A stretch of DNA of 38,134 bases from a virus: positions 1 through 38,134 of the IMG/VR virus record IMGVR_UViG_3300047673_000075. One strand, given 5' to 3'. Positions 1-7,988 of the stretch are shown here, one piece after another (positions within the stretch are counted from its first letter, which is position 1; every line of letters begins with the position of its first letter). The position numbers were made by a program, and so were the translations under genes. The notes below the pieces were generated by a model. That model was not told where the DNA came from, ran no database searches, and saw nothing but the letters and a program-made list of their open reading frames with translations.

Positions 1-127
1 TTCTGCAGGACGAGTACGACTCGATCCTTTCGGCCGTGATGGGCGCAGAGCAAGGCGCGCCGATGCTATCGATGGCGCCGCGACTTTCAAATATCCTGCT
101 CGGGCCTGAGAATATTCCCGACAGCAA
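1..127. repeat. Terminal direct repeat copy 1 (identical to 38008..38134)
   Basis: Base-by-base comparison of both ends gives 127/127 identity. The repeat lies inside a coding frame. Confidence 0.97.
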
Positions 128-146
128 TTACGGCGTATCGCAATGA
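1..146 (+). CDS. 3' end of the junction-spanning virion gene that starts at 37224 (bases 1..127 duplicate 38008..38134)
   Basis: The frame entered from 38134 continues ...PENIPDSNYGVSQ and stops at TGA 144..146. That stop overlaps ATG 143 of the next gene (ATGA coupling). Confidence 0.75.
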   Translation, partial: LQDEYDSILSAVMGAEQGAPMLSMAPRLSNILLGPENIPDSNYGVSQ

Positions 147-1942
147 CGAACGTAACCGGCATCGCTGCGGCCGCACAGAGGCGCAGGCGTCAGGCGCAGG
201 GGCAGCGCTCGCAGACGGTCAACATGCCCGCGCCTATCGGCGGATGGAACGCTCGCGACTCGCTCGCAGAGATGGCGCCGCAGGATGCTGTTTCGCTCAC
301 GAATTGGTTCCCGACGACATCCGATGTGATGGTTCGCTCCGGCTTCACGAAGTTCGCGACGGGCCTTCCGGGACAGGTCAACACGGTCATGCCGTACAAC
401 GCTGCATCCGGCTCGAACAAGCTCTTCGCGGCCTCTGGGGCATCTATCTATGACGTAAGCGGCGGGGGCGCTGTGGGCGCTCCTGTATTGACCGGGCTGA
501 CTAGCGACAAATGGGCGTACACGAACTTCGCGACGCTCGCCGGCCCGTTTCTCGGCATCGTGAATGGTCAGGACGGCTATTACGTTTATAACGGTAGCGT
601 CTGGCAGTCGATCGTAAGCGGTACCGGACAGGCCATTACCTCGATCACGAACTCGGGCACGACGGCGACGCTCACGACCGGCGCTCCGCATGGGCTCGTA
701 ACGGGCAACTCGGTCACGATCAGCGGCGCCACGCCGGCAGCCTACAACGGGACCTTCTCGATCACGGTTACGGGCGCATCGACGTTCACCTATGTGATGG
801 CGTCGAATCCCGGAGGCAATGCGACGGTCGTCGGAACCTACACACTCTCGACGAACATCTCAGGCGTCAATCCGAACACGTTCTCCTTCATCATCCTGTT
901 CGCGAGCCGTCTTTGGTTCACGCAGAAGAACAGCCTGAAGGCGTGGTATCTGCCGGTCGGTCAATTCGGGGGAGCTGCGCAGTCTCTGGATCTCAGCCCA
1001 ATCTGTCGCCGCGGCGGCTCGCTCGTCTCGATGGGCGTTCTGACGATGGACGGCGGTTACGGTGTTCAGGATCAACTCTGCTTCGTCACGAGTGAAGGCG
1101 AAGTGGTGATCTACCAGGGTACCGACCCGTCGCAATCGAGCACGTTTGCCCTGGTTGGCGTCTACCAGCTCGGCACGCCGATGGGCTTCCGGTCGTTCAT
1201 GAAGTACGGCGGCGATCTGCTCTACATCGGAAAGGACGGACTCGGGCCGATCTCACAGTTGCTCGCTTCGACACGGGTAAATACGGCCGTCAACATCAGC
1301 GGCAAGATTCAAGGCGCCATATCTCAGGCGACGAGTCTCTACCCGAACAACTACGGCTGGTGCATGGTCCTGTTTCCCATTGAGAACATGATCATTCTGA
1401 ATGTCCCGGTCGGCGCCGATGTTCAGCAGCAGTACGTCATGAACACCATCACCGGTGCGTGGTGCAACTTCACCGGCTGGGGCGCGAATCACTGGGAGCG
1501 CTTCAACGATCAGATTTACTTCGGTGCAAATGGCTATGTGGGCCTCGCCTGGAATGGCGCGAACGATAACGGCTCCAACATCAACGCGATAGCGCAGCAG
1601 GCCTTCAGCGAGTTCGGAACGCCGCTTCAGAAGCGTTTCACGATGATGCGGCCCATTCTTTGGACGAACGGCTCACCGGCGATTGCAGCCGGGATCAATG
1701 TCGACTACGACCAGAATATCCCGCAATCGACGCTTTCATTCCTGCCGATCGGCTATGCGGTGTGGGACACGGGCGTGTGGGACACGGCATTGTGGGGCGG
1801 CTCCCTGCAGATCGCGAAGGCATGGCAGGGCGTGACCGGCCTAGGCATGACCGGCTCTCCGACGCTGAAGGCTGCGGCCAACGGCAATGAAATTCATTGG
1901 GCCGCGTCGGATATCGTCTTCGAGACAGGCTGGACCATCTGA
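143..1942 (+). CDS. Large tail/virion protein, 599 aa (tail tubular B / nozzle-like, putative)
   Basis: Long ORF with high GC3, coupled by ATGA to the upstream virion gene. It sits between the head genes and the internal virion proteins. It has a small inserted beta domain (TATLTTGAPHGLVTGNSVTISGA..YNGTFSITV). The function is assigned by position only. Confidence 0.55.
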   Translation: MTNVTGIAAAAQRRRRQAQGQRSQTVNMPAPIGGWNARDSLAEMAPQDAVSLTNWFPTTSDVMVRSGFTKFATGLPGQVNTVMPYNAASGSNKLFAASGASIYDVSGGGAVGAPVLTGLTSDKWAYTNFATLAGPFLGIVNGQDGYYVYNGSVWQSIVSGTGQAITSITNSGTTATLTTGAPHGLVTGNSVTISGATPAAYNGTFSITVTGASTFTYVMASNPGGNATVVGTYTLSTNISGVNPNTFSFIILFASRLWFTQKNSLKAWYLPVGQFGGAAQSLDLSPICRRGGSLVSMGVLTMDGGYGVQDQLCFVTSEGEVVIYQGTDPSQSSTFALVGVYQLGTPMGFRSFMKYGGDLLYIGKDGLGPISQLLASTRVNTAVNISGKIQGAISQATSLYPNNYGWCMVLFPIENMIILNVPVGADVQQQYVMNTITGAWCNFTGWGANHWERFNDQIYFGANGYVGLAWNGANDNGSNINAIAQQAFSEFGTPLQKRFTMMRPILWTNGSPAIAAGINVDYDQNIPQSTLSFLPIGYAVWDTGVWDTALWGGSLQIAKAWQGVTGLGMTGSPTLKAAANGNEIHWAASDIVFETGWTI

Positions 1943-1943
1943 A

Positions 1944-2399
1944 ATGAAGCGCATCGTGTGGCACGAGTCGGAGCGAGTAATGCGCTTCGTGGCTAAGCAC
2001 GTCGGTGCGGAAACCTTCAAAGACTATGCCGCGATCGGCCTTGAGAAAGACGGCGAGCTGATCGCGGGCGTCCTCTTCGACAACAAGAGCGGCGCAAACA
2101 TTCACATGCACGTCGCCTCGAACGGAACCCGTCACTGGATGACGCCGGCCTATATGGCTGCGTGTTTCCGCTACGCGTTCGTTCAGGAGAAGTGCGCCCG
2201 AATCACTGGCCTAGTGCGGGCCGATAACGCAGACGCACAACGCTTCGACGAACACCTTGGGTTCAGACGCGAGGGACAACTCCGCGCGGCTTGCACCGAT
2301 GGAACGGATCTCATCATCTACGGCATGTTGAAAGACGAATGCCGATACATCTCGGGCAAATACCATGCGGCACTATTGGCTGACCTCGGACTTTCCTGA
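1944..2399 (+). CDS. GNAT-family N-acetyltransferase-like protein (151 aa)
   Basis: ATG lies 2 nt after the upstream stop. The C-terminal pattern ARITGLVRADNADAQRFDEHLGFRREGQLR....DLIIYGMLKDE resembles the RimJ/RimL-type GNAT core. Confidence 0.65.
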   Translation: MKRIVWHESERVMRFVAKHVGAETFKDYAAIGLEKDGELIAGVLFDNKSGANIHMHVASNGTRHWMTPAYMAACFRYAFVQEKCARITGLVRADNADAQRFDEHLGFRREGQLRAACTDGTDLIIYGMLKDECRYISGKYHAALLADLGLS

Positions 2400-3555
2400 C
2401 CTTCCTGCCGGTGCGTTTCGCAAGTCGGTCCTCCGTGATCGTCCCGCAACGCTCGAAGGCGGCAAGGGCGGCTCCGCGCCTGCGGCTCCTGATCCATATC
2501 AGACCGCGCAGGCTCAGACGCAGACGAACACTCAGACGGCGGCCTACAACAAGGCGCTGAACCTTAACAACTACACGAACCCGTTCGCCTCTCAGCAATC
2601 GTCTATCGTCGGCACTGACCCATCGACAGGCGCACCGATCTACAACACGACGGTACAGGCGGGATCGCAGCTTCAGAGCAACATCAACGATTCCCTGCTG
2701 GCCGCAGCCAACAGCAACGGCATCAACAGCAATTCGCTCTCCGGCCTGCAGCAACTCAATAATCAATACTCGGGCCTGAATTCGAGCCTCGGCGGCCTTC
2801 AGGGGCAATACCAAGGGCTGAATTCCGGCATCAGCGGGCTCGGCAACCAATACTCGAATCTTCAGAGCCAACTCGCCGGAATCAATTCGTCGATCGATCC
2901 GCTGGCCGGGAAGAGCGCGCAGACGGCGGGGCAGAACGCCGCATATGCCGCGCAGACTCAGTATCTCGACCCGCAGTTCTCGCAGCAGAAGGAATCGCTC
3001 GACGCGCAACTGGCTAATCAGGGCCTCACGCCCGGTTCGGAGGCATACAACAATGCCATGACGAACTACAACAACCAGAAGCAGCAGGCGTATAGCAACG
3101 CGCAGAATCAGTCGATCCTCACCGGCTCGCAGATCGGCGCGCAAAGCCTTCAGAACCAACTGAACGCGGCAAACGCCAAAGCCGGTCTGGTGGGGCAGCA
3201 AGGCAGCCTCGTCGGGAATCAGGCGGGGCTCTTCGGGCTTCAGAGCCAGAATCTCGGGCAGCAAGCGGGGCTGTACGGTCAGCAGGCGTCGAACCTCGGC
3301 CAGCAGGCAGGGCTTTACGGGCAGCAGGTCGGCATCGGACAAACGCCATATTCGAACCTTGGATCGCTCGCGCAATTGATTCCGGGCTATACCGGTCTGT
3401 CGAGCGCAAGCGCGAACCCTGCCGATATTTCTGGCGCCATCAACAACAATTATCAGGCGCAACTCGCGAACCATAACGCCGATGTGCAGAGCGCGAATTC
3501 GACCACGGGTGCCGTCGCGGGCCTCGCCGGCATGGCCGCTTTGGCGTTCTTCTGA
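2365..3555 (+). CDS. Internal virion / ejection protein, Q/N/G/S-rich with a C-terminal hydrophobic anchor (396 aa)
   Basis: Low-complexity repeats (GLNS.., NLGQQAGLYGQQ x2) and the C-terminus TTGAVAGLAGMAALAFF. It lies upstream of the SLT-containing protein. ATG 2365 is the only ATG and overlaps the GNAT 3' end by 35 nt. Confidence 0.6.
   Translation: MRHYWLTSDFPDLPAGAFRKSVLRDRPATLEGGKGGSAPAAPDPYQTAQAQTQTNTQTAAYNKALNLNNYTNPFASQQSSIVGTDPSTGAPIYNTTVQAGSQLQSNINDSLLAAANSNGINSNSLSGLQQLNNQYSGLNSSLGGLQGQYQGLNSGISGLGNQYSNLQSQLAGINSSIDPLAGKSAQTAGQNAAYAAQTQYLDPQFSQQKESLDAQLANQGLTPGSEAYNNAMTNYNNQKQQAYSNAQNQSILTGSQIGAQSLQNQLNAANAKAGLVGQQGSLVGNQAGLFGLQSQNLGQQAGLYGQQASNLGQQAGLYGQQVGIGQTPYSNLGSLAQLIPGYTGLSSASANPADISGAINNNYQAQLANHNADVQSANSTTGAVAGLAGMAALAFF
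3250..3333 (+). repeat. Imperfect 42-nt tandem duplication (2 copies) encoding NLGQQAGLYGQQ(AS/VG)
   Basis: Copies at 3250..3291 and 3292..3333 align at about three quarters of positions. Most differences are synonymous. Confidence 0.7.
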
Positions 3556-4145
3556 TGAAGCGAGATCAACTCATGCAGGCGCTGCACGACGTGCGCGCCA
3601 CGTACCCGGCGATCGATCTTTCGAAACGTGATGTCTTCCTGCGAAACCTGATCTTCATTCACAACGTCATCGCGGCGAGCGAAAGCCTTCTGCGCGCGGC
3701 GTGCGATCGGTCGATCAGCGAGCTCAAGGCGTATTTCGCTGATCACCTGAAGGAAGAGGCGGGGCACGAATTTTGGCTCCGGCATGACCTCGCGACCGCT
3801 GACATCAACGTCGCGTCTCTGCCGGTTTTGCCCGAAGCTGTCGCAATGGCGGGCTCGCAGTATTACCTGATCCATCACGTCGACCCGGTCGCGCTGCTCG
3901 GCTACATGGCGGTGCTGGAGTGCTTCCCGATCGATATCGAGACGCTTGAAAAGCTCGAAGAGCTTCACGGCAAGCAGCTTTGCAGGACGCTGCGTTATCA
4001 CGCTGAGCATGACATTTCGCATGGCTCTGACGTGCTCGACGAGATCGACCTTCTCGACGAAAAACAGTTTCAGTTGGTGATACAGAACGCGGTTCAGACC
4101 GCTCTCTATATCGGTTCTGCAATCTCTAAATTCGGGGTTCAATAA
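3555..4145 (+). CDS. Haem-oxygenase-like di-iron oxidase/oxygenase (HDO, iron-containing redox enzyme)-like protein, 196 aa
   Basis: All-helical-looking sequence with HLKEEAGHEFW (E68-x-x-H71), LECF (E122) and RYHAEHDISHG (E151, D153-x-x-H156). Its start overlaps the upstream stop and its stop overlaps the downstream ATG. The CDS call is firm; the family call is tentative. Confidence 0.5.
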   Translation: MKRDQLMQALHDVRATYPAIDLSKRDVFLRNLIFIHNVIAASESLLRAACDRSISELKAYFADHLKEEAGHEFWLRHDLATADINVASLPVLPEAVAMAGSQYYLIHHVDPVALLGYMAVLECFPIDIETLEKLEELHGKQLCRTLRYHAEHDISHGSDVLDEIDLLDEKQFQLVIQNAVQTALYIGSAISKFGVQ

Positions 4146-6100
4146 TGGCCGGCTCGACTCCATTTGTGCTGCCGCAGTATCAAGGCAGCATGTACGATTT
4201 GCAGCGCCAACAGGCGCTCGCAAACGCTCTCATGCAAGGGGCCTTGACTCAGCCGCAGGCCCCGCAGCCGGGCGCTTCCGGGCAATATCAGGTCGCGGCG
4301 CGCACGTCGCCGCTCGCACCGGTAAGCAATCTCGCGCAGGGCTTGCTCGCGAACAAGATCGGGCAGCAGGCCGGCCAAGGCTTGAACCAACTCGGTCAGA
4401 ACCAGTGGCAATCGCTGATCGGCGCACTTGGGGGAGGGGCCGCCGCGCAGTCCCCACAGCTCAACCCCGGCTCTGCCGATGGCGGGGTCGGGGTCGCAGG
4501 GAGCGTCGTTAACCCCTTCAATGGGGCTGATGGGAGCAATGGGACTCCAGGCGCCGCAGCAGCCGGACCCGTCAATGGCGTCTCTGCTGGGCCTCAACTG
4601 GCAAACAACGTAGGCGGCAACGCGCCGCTGAACCCGCTCGGCATGAATCCGCAGTTGGCTGCGATGATGCTGATGCAGTCGCCTGACAAGTATTTCGAGA
4701 GTCAGGCGGCGGCATACAAGCAAGCCGAAATCGTTCCGCAGCTTCGTGCGGCCGGCATCGATCCGAACAGCGATCAGGGGCATGCGCTCGCGAAAGCGCT
4801 CATCGAGAAGAACAACTACATCGCGCCGATCACCGGGACGGGCACATTTCGAGACCCGCGCACGATGCAGCCGGTCGCGTTCAATCCGGACGTTCCGGCT
4901 GGCTCGACGCCCCTTTTCGATGCGACAGGAAATGTCGCTGCGGTGCGGCCGATTCAGGGGGCGCAGGCTGCGATGCAGGGCAATGCGGCGGCTACGGCAG
5001 CCGGTGGCGCTCAATTCAAGCCGGTGCAGGTGTACAACCCGCAGACGCAGCAGATGGAGTTCACCAACGAGGCGCAGGTGACGAATCCGGTTCATGCGGC
5101 GATCGTGCAGACCGAGAGCAACGGAAATCCGAACGCCGTCTCGCCGAAGGGCGCTCAGGGCGCGTGGCAGATTATGCCGAATACGAAATCCGACCCCGGT
5201 TTCGGCGTGCGTCCTGCTGCGAACAATTCGCCGGCCGAGCTCGATCGTGTGGGGCGCGATTACTACGATGCCATGGCGCAGCGCTATGGCAGCCCTGCGC
5301 TCGGCGCAATCGCCTATAACATGGGACCCGGCGCGACCGATACGTGGCTCAAGAACGGCGCTCAGTTCGAGAAGCTTCCGGCGGAGACTCGCAACTACGT
5401 CGGCAAGGTGGTTACGCTGACGGCACTTAATAGTGGGGCAGGAAACCAAGGAGCCGCGCCGACTCAGCAGCAGCCTGCTCGGTTCGCGGCAGGCGCTCCG
5501 ATGGGAGCGCAAGCCAGCGCGGAGTCGCTTGCGAAGGGTCAGGTAGATACGATGCAGAAGTCGTATCAGAACCTGCAAACGGTGCGCTCCGGAGCTCCGG
5601 CTGCGCTTCAGGACGTGGACAACATGTCGAAACTCGCGGCCGGCGCATCGCCGCTCACGCTGGGCGCATCCGGTGCGAAGTTCGCCGGTCTTTTCAGCCC
5701 GAACGCGGCGGAATACGAAAAATCGCGAGACAACCTCGTGACGAACCTCGGCTCGCAACTCGGCATTAACTCCGACGCTGCGCGCGATCTTGTGTATGGC
5801 TCGATTCCGTCCTACGGCGCTCCGAAACAGGCTGTGCAGAACGGGCTCGAAACCTTACGCGGCCAGATTCAGACGCGTCTTCTCAAGTCCGACTACCTGT
5901 CGGATGCATACGGTTCCGGCGATGCTAAGACGTACAACCAGAAGGAAAACACGTTCGATCAGCACATGTCGCCCGCCACGGCAAACCAAATCGCAAGAAT
6001 CAACGCGATGCCGGCCGGTCAGCAAAAGGCTGATGCGCTTCGAGCCTTGAAGGGTAATGCTAACTTTGAATGGGCCGCCTCGAACGGGATTCTGAAATGA
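4145..6100 (+). CDS. Internal virion protein with soluble lytic transglycosylase (SLT) domain, 651 aa
   Basis: The motif AIVQTESNGNPNAVSPKGAQGAWQIMPNT matches the SLT catalytic E-S...GLMQ-type signature. The size and context are typical of podovirus ejection proteins. Confidence 0.8.
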   Translation: MAGSTPFVLPQYQGSMYDLQRQQALANALMQGALTQPQAPQPGASGQYQVAARTSPLAPVSNLAQGLLANKIGQQAGQGLNQLGQNQWQSLIGALGGGAAAQSPQLNPGSADGGVGVAGSVVNPFNGADGSNGTPGAAAAGPVNGVSAGPQLANNVGGNAPLNPLGMNPQLAAMMLMQSPDKYFESQAAAYKQAEIVPQLRAAGIDPNSDQGHALAKALIEKNNYIAPITGTGTFRDPRTMQPVAFNPDVPAGSTPLFDATGNVAAVRPIQGAQAAMQGNAAATAAGGAQFKPVQVYNPQTQQMEFTNEAQVTNPVHAAIVQTESNGNPNAVSPKGAQGAWQIMPNTKSDPGFGVRPAANNSPAELDRVGRDYYDAMAQRYGSPALGAIAYNMGPGATDTWLKNGAQFEKLPAETRNYVGKVVTLTALNSGAGNQGAAPTQQQPARFAAGAPMGAQASAESLAKGQVDTMQKSYQNLQTVRSGAPAALQDVDNMSKLAAGASPLTLGASGAKFAGLFSPNAAEYEKSRDNLVTNLGSQLGINSDAARDLVYGSIPSYGAPKQAVQNGLETLRGQIQTRLLKSDYLSDAYGSGDAKTYNQKENTFDQHMSPATANQIARINAMPAGQQKADALRALKGNANFEWAASNGILK

Positions 6101-7833
6101 GCTCTCTCGACGATCTGATCGCACAGAATTCCGCGCAGCAGGCCCCGAGCGCGATCGACTCCCTGATCTCCAAGAACGCGGGAGTTCAGGGAGTGCCGCA
6201 ACAGCAGCCTGCCGCGCAGCCCCAGACACAGCAATCCACGCAACAGGGCGCGCAGCCGGCCAATTGGCAGGTTCCGAATTCCGTCGTCATGGGGATGGGC
6301 GATTCAGTTCGCGGCTACGGGCAGTCGATTGTGCATGGCCTGTCGTGGCTCGCTGACAAGGTCGCGCCAGAATCTCAGTTCGCGAAGGATGCGCGCGCGG
6401 CGCTGCCTCAGATCCAGCAGACCATCGATCAGCAGAACGCGCAGTATGCCGCGGCGAATCCGAACGCGGGAACCGATTGGGGGCGTATTGGCGGGCAGGT
6501 AGGAGGGATGGCGCTTATCGGTGGGGGCGGTGCTGCTGCGCCTGAAAGTCTCGCTGGTAAGGCGGTTATGGGCGCGCTCTCCGGCCTCGGCGGAACGGCT
6601 GCGCAACCCGTCGCGAACCTGCAACCGGGCCAAACCTATGCCGATGCGAAGCTCGATCAGGCGAAGACGAACGCGCTCATCGGCGCGTTCGCAGGACCGG
6701 CAACAGGAATCGTGGGGAGTGCCATTTCTGGCGTAGGTGGCGCCGCTCAACGTCGCCTCGCTGATGCGGGCGTGACTATGACGCCGGGGCAGATTCTCGG
6801 ACCCGCTGCCGCGCGTACAGAGGAAAAGCTCACCAGCGTTCCTATCATCGGGGATTTCATCAAGAACGCTCAGAATCGCTCAGTTCAGAGCTTCAACCGA
6901 GCGGCATACGACAACGCTCTGGAGCCGGTCGGGCAAGCTCTACCGCGCAATACCGCGATCGGCTCTGATGCCGTCGCCGCAGTGCGGGACCGCATCGGAC
7001 AGGTCTATAACTCCATCGAGCCGCGCGCTTCGTTTGTCGCAGATCAGAACTTCAATGCCGATGTGAACGCGATCCGGAACAACCTCGCGCAGAACGCGCC
7101 GGGAACGCTTCAGCAATTCGACAATATCGTTGCCAATCAGGTTACGAACAAGCTGCAACACGGCTACGTGCTCGACGGGCATCAATGGGGCGCGACGCGT
7201 TCCGAGATTTCGACGATGGCGCGCAATCAGACGCTCGGCAATGCGACGCCTGACAATCGCGCGCTCGCCGGTGCGCTAGGCGATCTGAACGACGCGATCA
7301 ATTCTGGCGTCGCTAGGTCAAGTCCCCCGGATGTGTTGCAGGATCTCGGGCGCGCCAACGCCGCGTGGGCTCGATACAAGCAGATCGAGAATGCAGCGGG
7401 ATCGGCTGGCGCGTCGAATAACGGAAATGTCTTCACGGCCGCGCAGTTTCAGAACGCGATCCGGCGCGGCTCGACGAGCGGCCAGAAGGCGACGAACTCC
7501 GGGCTCAACGGGCAATTTGGTGCCGATGCTCAGGACATTCTCGGCGGTGCATATCCGAACAGCGGAACGCCCGGACGAGCGGCTTTGATGGCGGCGCTCG
7601 GTGCGCTCGGTGGGCATGCTGTGCTGCCTCCGAATGTTGCGGCACCTGCAATCGGAGCTGGCGCGGCGGCGGCTCTCCCGTACACAGCATTGGGCCAGCG
7701 TGCGACGCAGGCATTACTTATGTCGCGTCCTGCTGGGTTTGCTCCAGTAGGGGATGCGCTTTCGCGCTACGGGGTCCCATTCTCCGCTGCGCTTGGCGCT
7801 GCGCTCGTCCCATCTGTCAGCGGCGGCCAATAG
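6097..7833 (+). CDS. Internal virion / ejection protein, 578 aa, Gly/Ala-rich with hydrophobic segments
   Basis: ATGA overlap with the SLT gene at 6097..6100. Glycine-zipper-like stretches (GGMALIGGGGAAAP, GALGALGGHAVLPP). It is the last gene before a terminator. Confidence 0.6.
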   Translation: MSSLDDLIAQNSAQQAPSAIDSLISKNAGVQGVPQQQPAAQPQTQQSTQQGAQPANWQVPNSVVMGMGDSVRGYGQSIVHGLSWLADKVAPESQFAKDARAALPQIQQTIDQQNAQYAAANPNAGTDWGRIGGQVGGMALIGGGGAAAPESLAGKAVMGALSGLGGTAAQPVANLQPGQTYADAKLDQAKTNALIGAFAGPATGIVGSAISGVGGAAQRRLADAGVTMTPGQILGPAAARTEEKLTSVPIIGDFIKNAQNRSVQSFNRAAYDNALEPVGQALPRNTAIGSDAVAAVRDRIGQVYNSIEPRASFVADQNFNADVNAIRNNLAQNAPGTLQQFDNIVANQVTNKLQHGYVLDGHQWGATRSEISTMARNQTLGNATPDNRALAGALGDLNDAINSGVARSSPPDVLQDLGRANAAWARYKQIENAAGSAGASNNGNVFTAAQFQNAIRRGSTSGQKATNSGLNGQFGADAQDILGGAYPNSGTPGRAALMAALGALGGHAVLPPNVAAPAIGAGAAAALPYTALGQRATQALLMSRPAGFAPVGDALSRYGVPFSAALGAALVPSVSGGQ

Positions 7834-7930
7834 CCATGCGTATCCCGCACGAATCGCCGGCAAAAGAACGACCAGAAGGACGGTCGCGAGCGTGTTGCGG
7901 ATAGTTTGATCATCCATCTCATTCCCCTTC

Positions 7931-7956
7931 GGGCCGCCAAGTGCGGCCCTTTTGTT
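7931..7956 (+). terminator. Intrinsic terminator
   Basis: GGGCCGC-caagt-GCGGCCC followed by TTTTGTT. Confidence 0.7.
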
Positions 7957-7988
7957 GATACTGCCATTTAACGTACCGGAGAATCAAA

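Noticed and set aside
367-377. TCAACACGGTC 11-mer shared between the 599-aa tail gene (367..377) and the OR region (21893..21903), as evidence for a genome-wide operator word
   Set aside because: Many 11-mer coincidences are expected by chance in 38 kb, and this copy is inside a coding region. Only the tandem copy upstream of Q was kept, as a low-interest note.
2314-3474. Very long antisense ORFs in the track (for example 2314..3474 -, 4139..5758 -, 31014..32714 -, 34967..36115 -, 27151..27702 -, 10520..11263 +)
   Set aside because: They are Arg/Leu/His-rich. Each lies opposite or out of frame to a gene with strong G/C third-position bias and recognisable motifs. They are typical shadow ORFs of GC-rich DNA.
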